A DNA stretch of 62,960 bases, the filler included, from Octopus bimaculoides (lineage: Eukaryota), in the NCBI RefSeq assembly GCF_001194135.2. It is 4 parts of 4 records of this genome, joined end to end, with 100 filler letters (N's around TTAATTAATTAA, not from the genome) between each part and the next. Parts side by side here need not be neighbours in the genome. Positions count along the whole stretch, not along the records: positions 48,767 to 59,524 come from NC_068997.1; positions 59,625 to 62,960 come from NC_069005.1; 2 more parts are not named here. One strand, written 5' to 3'. Each line of letters starts with the position of its first letter. Position 1 is the stretch's first letter. The notes under the pieces were generated by a model. The model did no database searches, was not told the origin of the DNA, and was given only the letters and a program-made list of their open reading frames with translations. Position numbers and translations under genes: made by a program. Positions 51,281-62,960 of the stretch are shown here, in pieces.

Positions 51281-52629
51281 AGGATGGGGTGTTCTTCATG
51301 TGTGAAGGAAGGAGAAAGGGAAGGAAATACTGAAGTAGAGAGGTAGTTGAATAATAGGCAAACCTAACCTCCGCAGAGTTTGAACTCAGAACGTGAAGAC
51401 ATACAAAATGATGGTAAGCATTATTCCAAGCGTGCTAACCATTCTGCTAGCTTGCCGCCTTTTCATTCATTAATATTAATGTTTTATTATTGTTGTTGTT
51501 CTGAAGTGGAGACTGGATATATTTCAAATTTGAAAGATAATAAAAGATAATAAACTCTGCTTAATTAATTAATTTAAACACATTAGATACACTCCCAATT
51601 CATTATACTTATATATAGCATTTTCTGTCTACACACACACACGGTCACACGGACACACGGACACACACACACACACACATGTATATAATCCTTTACAACA
51701 CTTATATCCATTATTACACTGTGTGTGAGAATATATACACCTAGATACACACATACACACACACAGACATATATATATATATATATATATATATANNNNN
51801 NNNNNNNNNNNNNNNNNNNNNNNNNNNNNNNNNNNNNNNNNNNNNNNNNNNNNNNNNNNNNNNNNNNNNNNNNNNNNNNNNNNNNNNNNNNNNNNNNNNN
51901 NNNNNNNNNNNNNNNNNNNNNNNNNNNNNNNNNNNNNNNNNNNNNNNNNNNNNNNNNNNNNNNNNNNNNNNNNNNNNNNNNNNNNNNNNNNNNNNNNNNN
52001 NNNNNNNNNNNNNNNNNNNNNNNNNNNNNNNNNNNNNNNNNNNNNNNNNNNNNNNNNNNNNNNNNNNNNNNNNNNNNNNNNNNNNNNNNNNNNNNNNNNN
52101 NNNNNNNNNNNNNNNNNNNNNNNNNNNNNNNNNNNNNNNNNNNNNNNNNNNNNNNNNNNNNNNNNNNNNNNNNNNNNNNNNNNNNNNNNNNNNNNNNNNN
52201 NNNNNNNNNNNNNNNNNNNNNNNNNNNNNNNNNNNNNNNNNNNNNNNNNNNNNNNNNNNNNNNNNNNNNNNNNNNNNNNNNNNNNNNNNNNNNNNNNNNN
52301 NNNNNNNNNNNNNNNNNNNNNNNNNNNNNNNNNNNNNNNNNNNNNNNNNNNNNNNNNNNNNNNNNNNNNNNNNNNNNNNNNNNNNNNNNNNNNNNNNNNN
52401 NNNNNNNNNNNNNNNNNNNNNNNNNNNNNNNNNNNNNNNNNNNNNNNNNNAATAATTATATTGGCCAAAGAGGAATTTTACTCCGTAGAAGAACCACTCG
52501 CAACATAACGAATCCGCCACCCACAATACAGACAGATACAGGTCAGTGGACGCATAGAAATGTGTGCGAGGAATCTTATTCCTAAATACCTAATTTTTCC
52601 CTTCTATCAATGTTCACAGAACACCGCAA

Positions 52630-52800
52630 TACAACCAATGCTGGTGTGTTTACGTCCCCGTAACTTAGCGGTTCGGCAAAAGAGTCCGATAGAATAAGTA
52701 CTAGGCTTACAAAGAATAAGTCCTGGGGTCGATTTGCTCGACTAAATGCGGTGCTCCAGCATGGCCACAGTCAAATAACTGAAACAAGCAAAAGAGTAAA
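52630..52800 (+). mobile_element. SINE family A, 3' half
   Basis: GCTGGTGTGTTTACGTCCCCGTAACTTAGCGG..GTGCTCCAGCATGGCCACAGTC. Confidence 0.85.
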
Positions 52801-52839
52801 AGAGAGAGAGTAATATATATATATATGTTCTTCTTGTTT

Positions 52840-53030
52840 CTGTTGTACTTGTATTTCAAAGAGCAAGCCTTTTCATACCCTGTGTCACTCTAAATCTCCC
52901 CGCGGACTACGTTATGGGTACACGTGTCTGTGGAGTGCTCAGCCACATACACGTTAATTTCACGAGCAGGTTGTTCCGTTGATCGGATCAACTGGAACCT
53001 TCGTCGTCGTAACCGACGGAGTGCCGCGAT
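52840..53030 (+). mobile_element. Retroposon 3' tail (probably SINE family C)
   Basis: GGTACACGTGTCTGTGGAGTGCTCAGCCAC..GTCGTCGTAACCGACGGAGTGCC; family assignment from memory. Confidence 0.5.
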
Positions 53031-53340
53031 ATATGTATGTATGCATGCGTGCATGTAGGTATGTATGTCAATATAAGATTATATAGATTTATATTTTCTG
53101 AACTAAGAATTCGAGAAATATAATTTTCCTTTCAATGTTTAACAATAAAACAACTTCGGTGCACTCAATGTTCTATACATTGTGAACAACTCTGGCAAGC
53201 AGCTTGTGAGATTTCTGAACGTAGCAACATAGAATTGTTGTGTAATCAAGTGCAAATGATGAGCAGCTTGAAGTAATTCATAAGAGTAAGGGTAAAAATA
53301 AAAGTAACAGACAGATCAGCTTACTAATGCGTGGGGAGAG

Positions 53341-53435
<95 letters not shown>

Positions 53436-53739
53436 GACAGTATATGTGTGAGGAAAAACAGAGAAAGAATATTTTTCCATTCATCATTTAACTGGGTCTT
53501 GTGTAACACATTGTTTCGATATACCTCATTCGTTTCTAATTTATTTTCAATTTACGCAGGCTTTGCAACCACGTACTTTCGGGATCAGTCCCATTGCACG
53601 ACACCTTGGCTAAGTGTCCACTACTATAACTCCAAGCCGACCAATGTCTTATGAATGAGTCATCCATACGGACATGGTGTAAAATGCTGTCGTGCTTATA
53701 TATATATGCAGTATGTATGTATGTATGTATGTATGTATT

Positions 53740-54116
53740 ACTTTTAGTTGTTTCAGTTATTTAACTGCGACGATACTAGAGCACCACCTTGAAGGGTTTT
53801 AGTCGAACAAATCAACCCCAGAGATTATGTTTTTAAGCCTAATGCTTATTCTATCGGGATCTTAAGTTACGGGTACGTAAACACAAGCGGTGATGAGAGG
53901 ACAAACACAGACACAAAGACAAGTACATACATAGATATATAAACATACATACATATATATGTGTGTGTATAAAAATATAAGAGTGCATGAGGAGACAATT
54001 GACAAGACTCCTTACATGCTAAAAGGCAGTTAAAACCCAAACCACGAAAAAGAGAATTCATGAGGCACGCCGTTATAACACTAGAACGAACAAAAATGTG
54101 AATTAGTTAATCCATA

Positions 54117-54170
<54 letters not shown>

Positions 54171-54320
54171 GACGAGCTTCTTTCAGTTTCTGTTCCCATA
54201 TCCACTGACAAGGCTTTGGTCGGCCGGAAGCTAAAGGAGAAAACACTTGCCCAAGATGCCACACAGTAGGACTGAACCCGGAACCATGTGGTACGAGAGC
54301 AAACTTCTTACCACACATTG
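53740..54320 (-). mobile_element. SINE family A in two pieces (53740-53920 and 54165-54320)
   Basis: Tail and head motifs separated by microsatellite and unrelated sequence. Confidence 0.7.
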
Positions 54321-54347
54321 ATGAGTATATGCATATTTTTTTAAGTA

Positions 54348-55245
54348 CTAGCTGACGTACCCGGTAATTCCCGGGAAAGCGAGGCTTATCCTTTGGTTCC
54401 GTTCTCGTAATTGTTTCGCTAATCCAGTTACAACAATACAAAATATGTAGCACTTAAAACGGTTTTTCGTGTATTTACAGAGAATACCAAACTGTCTTAC
54501 GCAGGATCTTGTTCTAGGGATTCCCAATAAGTTATGAATACCCAAATTATGAAGCCAGTTACGTAATAACATAAATTTAGTTTCCCGATAGTAAGAATTC
54601 AAATGAAGTAGCCCCGAAAAGGCTGTAATGCGTTTCCAGAATATATAGAACATAGGAGGAAATACTAATAAATTATGTCTTCTAAAATCGTGAAGCATAT
54701 TGCGTAATAACAGGCTAATCAGATATGAGATAATAACAATTTAAAGTAAATAACTCTGAAAAGAGATTTTGTGCATTCCCAGAGAATATTACCCTCAGCG
54801 GTGCTAGTGTTGGTACATTCGTGAATAAGTCACTAACCGAAATAAGTGGATCTATTGTTTAGGAAAATACTATTTACTTGCTTATGGGTTGCACTGGATA
54901 AATTACGAAAATAACTCAAGCAGTTCAAATACTAAGGAATAAGTATACTCAATTTGATTTAGGAAAATGAATAGATTATTTCACTTTGCTGTTTATAAGG
55001 TTCCCTTCCAGAGGCGAATGGGTTATTTCCCTTGGCTTTTAAAATAAAATATATAAGACATATATAAGGATCCTTTCCAGGGGCCCTATTATCGATTTCT
55101 CAACAATCTGAGTATGCCATAAGGTTTCCAGACATGAGTTCTACTCCCGTGTCAAGTTTCATCAAAATCGATAAAACGATGTAGGAGGTGTTAGCTAACA
55201 ACCCCACAAACACACCCAGACAGAATTTCCCACATATGTAGTAGA
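54348..55245 (-). mobile_element. Non-autonomous Helitron, family H1 copy 2
   Basis: The minus strand starts A|TCTACTACATATGTGGGAA (55245) and ends with a perfect CCCGG-GAATTA-CCGGG hairpin (54375-54360) plus CTAG|T (54351-54348). Colinear with 923-1807. Confidence 0.88.
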
Positions 55246-56226
55246 TTTAGCAGAAGTAACAGTGATTCAGCGAGTCACGAATTTCGTGCGTAGTCACCTA
55301 TCAAACTCTGTGTGAGTGTGTGTGTTTGTGCGTACGTGCGTACGTGTGTCTGCGTCTGTGTTTGTCCTTCAATACCGCTTGACAAACCGGTATTGGTGTG
55401 CTTACGTTCTAGTAATTTAGCGGCTCAGCAAAAGACATCCATGAAATAGATAGCGGACTTTTAAAAGATTACTACTGGGGACGAATTGTTCGATTAAAAC
55501 TTTTGAAGGTAGTGCTATAGCATGACCGTGGTGCAATGACTAAAACAAAATTTGAATCAAAACCGTTGTTTTTGTAGATTTTCAAAGGATATTTCGACGT
55601 CTACTTCAGAGTAATAACAGGGACATCTGTTGTCTTCATCACATGCTGCACACATTAATGGAAACAAGAATGCGGAACCAAATCGATGACAAGAATATCT
55701 TTAAGAAAGACGACTTTAGAACTTAGTAGTAGCATCTTCTACTTCATTTCTAGCTTTAGACCACAAAACTGCTTCAAAACATCCAGTTACTGCAATTTGA
55801 TACCTTTCAGTTTTAATGCAAATGATTCCATGCTATTCATTGATGCAGATCACCGAGTTGTTGACATGAAATACAGGAGGTGGAGGAACCTTCTGTTCAC
55901 TTAGAAAATGTTCCATGCACCTGTTTCGAAAAAGCAATTATTCAAACTCTCACCATAATATTTTATTCAAGTTCTCTCCATAATTCTTTATTCACTCTCT
56001 CTTTATAAATCTCTATTCGAGCTCTGTTTATAATATATAATCCAACTTATACTGGCTACTATGTTCTTCCATCGGCATTCTGTCACATGACTTTCTCCAC
56101 TTTTCTGTTGAAGATCAATCCAAGTGCCTCTCGTTATTAATTCGGGCTGCCCCGCAACCAAAAGAAAATGTTATATTGACACTCAATATAACATAAATTT
56201 TTGATTTATTAAACTTATCTGCGATT

Positions 56227-56352
56227 CCAGTGGATGTATCTCAATTACCAAACGGCAATTAAGACCAACTTTACTTGAGAATGGGAGATAATCTCAAGAT
56301 TCAATTGGAGATAGTCTTAATTGCCATTTGGTAATTGTGATACTTCATCTGG
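56227..56352. other. Long imperfect fold-back hairpin (~126 nt)
   Basis: CAATTACCAAACGGCAATTAAGAC (56242-56265) pairs with GTCTTAATTGCCATTTGGTAATTG (56314-56337) at 23 of 24 positions. Pairing extends outward, and inward to CTTGAGA/TCTCAAG around an 11-nt loop. Confidence 0.7.
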
Positions 56353-56853
56353 AGGCCGAGATGATTTTAATAAATGAAGAGCAGACACGTAGGATAAAGT
56401 GTCGTTGAAGAGGTTACAGGTTGTGTGAAGAAAGAGCTTTGACGAAAAAAAAATAATAACAAAGCAAGCTGTGGCAAAGAACATTNNNNNNNNNNNNNNN
56501 NNNNNNNNNNNNNNNNNNNNNNNNNNNNNNNNNNNNNNNNNNNNNNNNNNNNNNNNNNNNNNNNNNNNNNNNNNNNNNNNNNNNNNNNNNNNNNNNNNNN
56601 NNNNNNNNNNNNNNNNNNNNNNNNNNNNNNNNNNNNNNNNNNNNNNNNNNNNNNNNNNNNNNNNNNNNNNNNNNNNNNNNNNNNNNNNNNNNNNNNNNNN
56701 NNNNNNNNNNNNNNNNNNNNNNNNNNNNNNNNNNNNNNNNNNNNNNNNNNNNNNNNNNNNNNNNNNNNNNNNNNNNNNNNNNNNNNNNNNNNNNNNNNNN
56801 GTAGAGAGAGATAGAGAGAGAGGTAGAGAGAGAGAAAGAGAGAAAGAAAGAAG

Positions 56854-57250
56854 TAGGAGTGGCTCTGTGGTAGGTAGCTTGCTTACCAACCACTTGGTTG
56901 CGGGTTCTCATCCCACTTCGGGGCACTTTGGGCAGGTATCTTCTACTATAGCCTCGGGCCGACCAAGGCCTTGTGAATGGATTTGGTGGACGGAAGCTGA
57001 AGGAGGCCTGTCTTATATATGTTTGTGGTGGGGTGTATTTGTGTTTGTGTGTCTGTGTTTGACCCCTCCACATCGCTTGACAACCGATTTTGGTATATTT
57101 GCATCCCTGTAACTTAACAATTCGGCAAAAAAGACCGATAGAATAAGTAATAGGCTTACAAAAATAAGTCCTGTGGTCGATTTGTTCGACTAAAGGCGGT
57201 ACTCCAGCATGGCCGTTGTCTAATGACTGGAACAAATGAAAGAAAAAAAG
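56854..57250 (+). mobile_element. Near full-length SINE family A
   Basis: tRNA-like head (GGAGTGGCTCTGTGGTAGG..GGGTTCTCATCCC), central domain, internal (TG)-rich tract and A-rich tail. Confidence 0.88.
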
Positions 57251-57385
57251 AATACAAAAACACACACACATATATCCATTCTAAAAGTTGGTCAACAACG
57301 TATTTTCCTTGTTATTTCTTCATTTGCACACAATTATAGTCTCTCTCCGTCTCTCCGTCTCTCTTTCTTTCTCTCCTCTGTTTTA

Positions 57386-57437
<52 letters not shown>

Positions 57438-57679
57438 ACACCACACCACACCACACACGCATAACACAAATACGTTGACACACTGTGGTACGCGCACGCT
57501 CATTTACATACTACTCTATCATTTATGGTTACTGTTTAAACTCTTTCCAGCCGTTCTGCCTTACATCATCACGCCCCCTCCACCTGAAAATTACATCTTG
57601 CCATTACATCAATTATCACCAATCTACTACTGTTTAACTAACTGTGCAAAGTGTTTCATCAATCACAATTGAATTTTAG

Positions 57680-58200
57680 CTGGGCTGGAGGGGTGGAGTA
57701 ATGATGGTGGTGGGGATGACGATGATGCTGGTGGTGGTGGTGGTTGAGTTTGTTTTGCTTGTAGTAGGGAGGTTGTTGCAGTGGTTACTGGTGATCTGGT
57801 GATTGTAGTGGGAAGGTGGTAGTGAGAGGTGGTAATAATGGTGATTGGGGTGATTGTAGTGGGGTGGTGGTACTGGTTGTGGTGTTTGTAGTATTGGTGA
57901 TGACGTTAATGGTGGTGGTGGTGGTGGTGTGGTTGTGATGGTAGTGTCAGTGATGGTGTTGATAGTGTGATGTAGTGGTGATGTGGCTGTGTGGTGGTAC
58001 TGGTGGTAGTGCTTGTGGCGGTGAAGTTTAATGGTGGTGCGTTAGTGTACTGATGAAGAAGATTGTAGCGGTGGTATTGCAAGTGATGGTGGTAGTAATA
58101 GCGACGTTGGGGGTTTAGGCTGGTTATTGTAGTGGTGGTTATAGTGGTATTAGTGGTGGTGGTGGTGGTGGTGGTAATGTTTCTTGTGTTAGTGCGGCAG
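57680..58200 (+). repeat. (GGT/AGT)n low-complexity tract; a similar tract lies at 31230-31660
   Basis: Decayed trinucleotide repeats. Confidence 0.8.
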
Positions 58201-58779
58201 GAGTATCAGAATGAGGCAGATGTTTGGGCGGCAATATAGGCGTTGATGGCGGTGGAGTGTCTGTGGCAGAAGCTAAAGAATGGTTGAAGCCATTAATTTA
58301 GTAAACACCCACTGCCAGCCCACTGAGACATGTGCGGCCGATGTCCGGCTTGGACACTATTTACACGACAAATATGGCCGATAAGTTTGTGACAGTAAAT
58401 GCGAGGTGGAGCTGCTTGTCGTTGCTGTTGTTGTTGGGTTTATGGTATATGTAGTGGTGNNNNNNNNNNNNNNNNNNNNNNNNNNNNNNNNNNNNNNNNN
58501 NNNNNNNNNNNNNNNNNNNNNNNNNNNNNNNNNNNNNNNNNNNNNNNNNNNNNNNNNNNNNNNNNNNNNNNNNNNNNNNNNNNNNNNNNNNNNNNNNNNN
58601 NNNNNNNNNNNNNNNNNNNNNNNNNNNNNNNNNNNNNNNNNNNNNNNNNNNNNNNNNNNNNNNNNNNNNNNNNNNNNNNNNNNNNNNNNNNNNNNNNNNN
58701 NNNNNNNNNNNNNNNNNNNNNNNNNNNNNNNNNNNNNNNNNNNNNNNNNAGGGGGAAGGAGAGAAAAAAAGGGGGGGGG

Positions 58780-59524
58780 TGATCAAAAGGGATCGTAGGA
58801 AAGAAAAAAGGGGGGAGTTTGATCAAAAGGGATCGGGAAAAAAAAGCGATCAATAGGGATCGTGTATCACATTAATGTTCTCGTGTAAAAAGGGGAGGAC
58901 AGTTTAGGTTTAGCCGTGGAAAGAAAAGCTTACGGAAAAGACCACGGTAACCTTGGTCAATATTGTCATTGTTATTGAAAAGACTATAACAGTAAGTGAC
59001 TCTCTTTTACCTTTCTGTTTTTTTTTTCTGGATTTTTTACTCCTTTATAGGGTTATGCTCAAAGTGGCTCCGTCATTCACACGTGCCATTCTTGCTACAT
59101 TCACCCATCTTTTTTTTAAGCATTCACTAGACAAGACTTCCCTTTCTACTCTCACCTTCCTCTTCAGGTGATACTTGAAGAAGTTGATCAGAGATTGCCC
59201 AGGAAGGAAAGTCTTTGTCTCTAGACTTTTCAGACGCGTCCACCATACACATTATTTCGCCATAGCCAAAAGTACAATCAAAATAGCTCTTCCTTCCCGT
59301 TTAAAGGAAGGAGGCGCGACAATATTCACGATAGACTCGGCTGATAGACCGACTCATCCCAAACGCGATAGCAGTTGTTCGACGTAAGCCCACAGCTGGG
59401 AAATGGTGGGACACTGTACGAGTGCGTGCAGAACGGTTTCGTCGCTCTGCCCGCATCTCGGACAGATCGGCCCAGTGTTTCTCGAGCCAAGCCTGTAGAG
59501 CTTATCCCGAACAGGTAGTGCTTC
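58780..59524 (-). mobile_element. Tx1/L1-clade LINE 3' end (ORF2 C-terminus 59524-59045 plus 3' UTR)
   Basis: ALPVRDKLYRLG..ICPRCGQSDETVLHALVQCPTISQLW..AMAK*CVWWTR (zf-RVT knuckle, two in-frame stops), ending ITL* at 59047-59045. Confidence 0.8.
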
Positions 59525-59961
59525 NNNNNNNNNNNNNNNNNNNNNNNNNNNNNNNNNNNNNNNNNNNNTTAATTAATTAANNNNNNNNNNNNNNNNNNNN
59601 NNNNNNNNNNNNNNNNNNNNNNNNTAATATAATATGGGACAGTTATTCGGCTGCCATAATAAAACTCCGAAATTCGGATGTCGGGCGGAAACCTGCACCA
59701 CCATCTCTTCAGTTATCGAGGCAATCAAAATATGCTATGAAAATGACCGTTAGATTAGTACACAAGATAAGGACATAATATTCCATGCTAGAAAGACTTT
59801 ACTCTTAAGTGAGAACGCAGAGTGGGTCAATACTACCGATACAGAGGGTGCTTTCGAGCTGATCAAGGCATCGATCAGCAGAATTTGAACTCAGAATGTA
59901 GTGACGGGCGAAATACCTCTAAGCATTTCGGGCAGCTAACGATTCTGCCAGATCGCCGCCT

Positions 59962-60015
<54 letters not shown>

Positions 60016-60016
<1 letters not shown>

Positions 60017-60450
60017 GATGGGCTACACCAAATATTCTGCTTAATACCACGGATTTGCTTGACAATTTGACCTTAACCAGATGAGCATGTCCCTTAGTGG
60101 TTGACGCTATGTGCATCTCAGATCATGAGCAGAAGTAGTGGGGGAGCATCATAGCCATGTGTTGAGAAGAATTCTTTGGGGTTTGAATAATTCACCTTTG
60201 AAAACCTGGGTGTTTTGCTCAACATCTTTAAACAAACCTTATTCAGGGACCTTTTGAGCGGGATGGGCTACTCGATCTGAAGAAAATTCTAACTGGGCCC
60301 CACCTGCGAGGTCATGCGCTGTTTATCTTCATATGAGATCACCATGTCACACACATATGGTTGTGATGCATGTGCCTGGTGTACCCTTATCAGACGGGTA
60401 TTAATGATGGGTATAATGGGCTTCGTATATTTTACCCCAGTGTCACTTTG
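60016..60450 (+). repeat. Interspersed repeat family E, second copy
   Basis: Homologous to the reverse complement of 6527-6955. Confidence 0.75.
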
Positions 60451-60489
60451 ATAATAATAATAAGAATAATAAGAAGAAGAATGGCTTCA

Positions 60490-60640
60490 ATTTTTGACAC
60501 AAGGCCAGCAATTAAGTCAATTACTTCGTCTTCAGCACTCAACTGGTACTTATTTTATAGACCTTAAAACGATGGAAGGCAAAGTCGACTTCGGTGGAAT
60601 TTGAACTCAGAACGTAAAGACGGATAAAATGCTGCTAAAC
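60490..60640 (-). mobile_element. SINE family B fragment (others at 51355-51465 and 59790-59965)
   Basis: ACTGGTACTTATTTTATAGACC..GGCAAAGTCGACTTCGGTGGAATTTGAACTCAGAACG. Confidence 0.75.
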
Positions 60641-61139
60641 AGTGATTATGATGATAATGATCATCATCATCATTGTCGTCGTAGTCATTATCATCATCAT
60701 CATCATCATCACCATGACGATAGCGACGACGACGATGTGGTAGAAGAAGAAGAAGAAGAAGAAGAACGAGAAAATTATTAGCAAGCCATCCCCACTGCAA
60801 ATATCTGTAAAGGTATCAATTCGTAAAAGTTATGTCAAGTGGAAGGGAAAAAAAAAGCCTGGCAGCTTTGTATGAGTTTTCCAGGAGAATATTATAGAGA
60901 ATGGCAGAGGTTAAGGCACTGCCTGAAGACTTTTGTATTTATTCCTGGTTCTGGTGTGTTTGGTAATTAAAGAGAGAGCGGGAGAGAGAGGAGAGCGAAG
61001 GAGAGAGAGAGAAAGAGAGCAGAAAGAAAGAGAAAGAAAATATCTGAAGAAATGGATATGAAAAAAGAGCGAGAGATATTGATGTGGATTGATAGAGTGA
61101 AATAGTTGACGGAAACGAGCTAGGGAGAGTGAGAGAGAA

Positions 61140-61170
<31 letters not shown>

Positions 61171-61791
61171 AAAATAAAGGAGATAACAGAACAGCGAAGA
61201 GGAAAGGTTACTGACTGCGAAGGTGCTGGGTTCAATCCCACTCCTTGGCATCTTTGGCAAGTGTCTTCCACTTTAGCACCGGGCTGATCGATGCCATGTG
61301 GTAAGTGAATCTTGGTAGACGGAATTTGCATCGAAGCCCGTGTGTGTGTNNNNNNNNNNNNNNNNNNNNNNNNNNNNNNNNNNNNNNNNNNNNNNNNNNN
61401 NNNNNNNNNNNNNNNNNNNNNNNNNNNNNNNNNNNNNNNNNNNNNNNNNNNNNNNNNNNNNNNNNNNNNNNNNNNNNNNNNNNNNNNNNNNNNNNNNNNN
61501 NNNNNNNNNNNNNNNNNNNNNNNNNNNNNNNNNNNNNNNNNNNNNNNNNNNNNNNNNNNNNNNNNNNNNNNNNNNNNNNNNNNNNNNNNNNNNNNNNNNN
61601 NNNNNNNNNNNNNNNNNNNNNNNNNNNNNTTCTTTCTTCCAAATTCATTCACAAGGCTTTGGCCGACCCGAGGTTATTGTAGAAAATACTTGTCCCTACA
61701 GTGAGGCCGAACCTGAAAAATATCCGAGTATTTTATTCCCAAATTTGATATACCAGAAAGAATATGCAAGGTGAATGAAAGGGAAGTTCTG

Positions 61792-61861
<70 letters not shown>

Positions 61862-62198
61862 CAGCAGCAGCAGTGGTAGTAGTTGTTGTTGTTGTGGTTC
61901 GTAAGCTCCCTCCGTCTACTTTTCACACTGTATGCATTTAGATGTTCCGGTGAGGCATCAGAGGTGGGGATGAACGTTTTGTAAGTGACCCATCACCACT
62001 AACTGGTCATTTAAAGAACTCCTGTTTATACAATTACATCCCGAAATGCTTTCCGTTCATTTATTTTTACATAAATGTTCTGCGATATTTAAATCATGAT
62101 GAATGGAACTGGCCAGTTGTAGTCCTACAGCTTCTTAATCCAGGAGATTGATATAAAGACGAATTGCTCATAGGTTCATCTCAAAAGGAGGGATATTT

Positions 62199-62400
62199 AA
62201 GGTGGTAAACTGGCAGAATCGTTAGCACGCCGGCAAAATATTTACTTGCCGATATTTCGTCCATCTTTACGTTCAAATTCCACTGAAGTCGACTTTGCCA
62301 TATTTCCTTCCGAGGTCGATAACAAAAGTACCAGTTGAACATTGGGGTCGACGTAACCGACTTGCTCCGAAATTGCTAATCTTTTGCTAAAATTTGAAGC
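62199..62400 (+). mobile_element. SINE family B
   Basis: AAGGTGGTAAACTGGCAGAATCGTTAGCACGCCGG..GTCGACTTTGCC..GTACCAGTTG. Confidence 0.8.
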
Positions 62401-62960
62401 TAACGCCTGTAGATAGAGATGTATTAAGCTGTCAGATAACTTTTTTCGTTCCATTTATTTTAATCTTCTTCGATGTTATATGAATCACCACAAAAATATT
62501 TTTATCGGACTATTTTATGGACTTTGTAGCTCTGTTCTTCTTTTACAATGTTAATCTATCGTTTTTACAATTCGAATAACTTTGACTTCTTTTCACACAC
62601 ATAATGATTGAGTGCCAAGTGCCAAGTAGAAAAACAAAAAGGAACGGATTGATCTGATAAACCAATATTAACTTGTATATATATGTGTAGAAATTTTAAC
62701 AACTCTGTATTATTATAAAAATAGATATGGCTGAATCTCCACGTGAAGCTGCAATTAGTATACCTGTTATTGTGGATGTAAATACCTTTTGCAACTTACC
62801 ACGTCAATAATATGAATGAAGATGTCAGTAAAAGCTTTCCTAAATGAATACCTGCGTTCAACCACCATCAACCAGTTCTCCCCACTTCGATATAGTTATA
62901 CACACACGCACACACACACACAAACAAACAAACTCACACACACACACACACACACACACA

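Noticed and set aside
55560-55910. Coding-looking stretch (ORF 55686-55904)
   Set aside because: All frames are interrupted or unrecognisable; possibly an old transposase relic, but I cannot support a call.
56854-56930. tRNA gene calls at SINE heads
   Set aside because: Only A/B-box-like remnants continuing into SINE body; no complete cloverleaf.
1714-61774. Dozens of long ORFs in the track containing X runs
   Set aside because: They are open only because N gaps contain no stop codons; only the two glycosyltransferase ORFs and TE ORFs have real coding evidence.

Overview
This is repeat-dense, AT-rich eukaryotic DNA with many N gaps and heavy (TA)n/(CA)n/(GA)n microsatellite content. The SINE families and overall texture resemble an octopus/coleoid cephalopod draft assembly; this is recognition from memory, not a database result. 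One host gene is supported: a + strand GT32 (DXD-motif, Gly_transf_sug/Gb3-synthase-like) type II membrane glycosyltransferase, with visible coding pieces at 21531-21717 and 26436-26750, both running into gaps. Nearly everything else is mobile-element debris: three Tc1/mariner relics, RTE, Penelope-like (PLE), Tx1-like and RLE-type retroelements, an internally deleted Gypsy, a solo LTR with a 4-bp TSD, three non-autonomous Helitrons, hAT MITEs and many SINEs. Most long ORFs in the supplied track are artefacts of N runs or microsatellites. I see no convincing new biological system. The best second-look items are a set of minimal hammerhead-ribozyme-like motifs (two share a non-canonical core), a ~100-bp fold-back in the presumed first intron of the glycosyltransferase, a pre-miRNA-like hairpin and a SINE-derived minisatellite. 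Element boundaries without terminal motifs are approximate.
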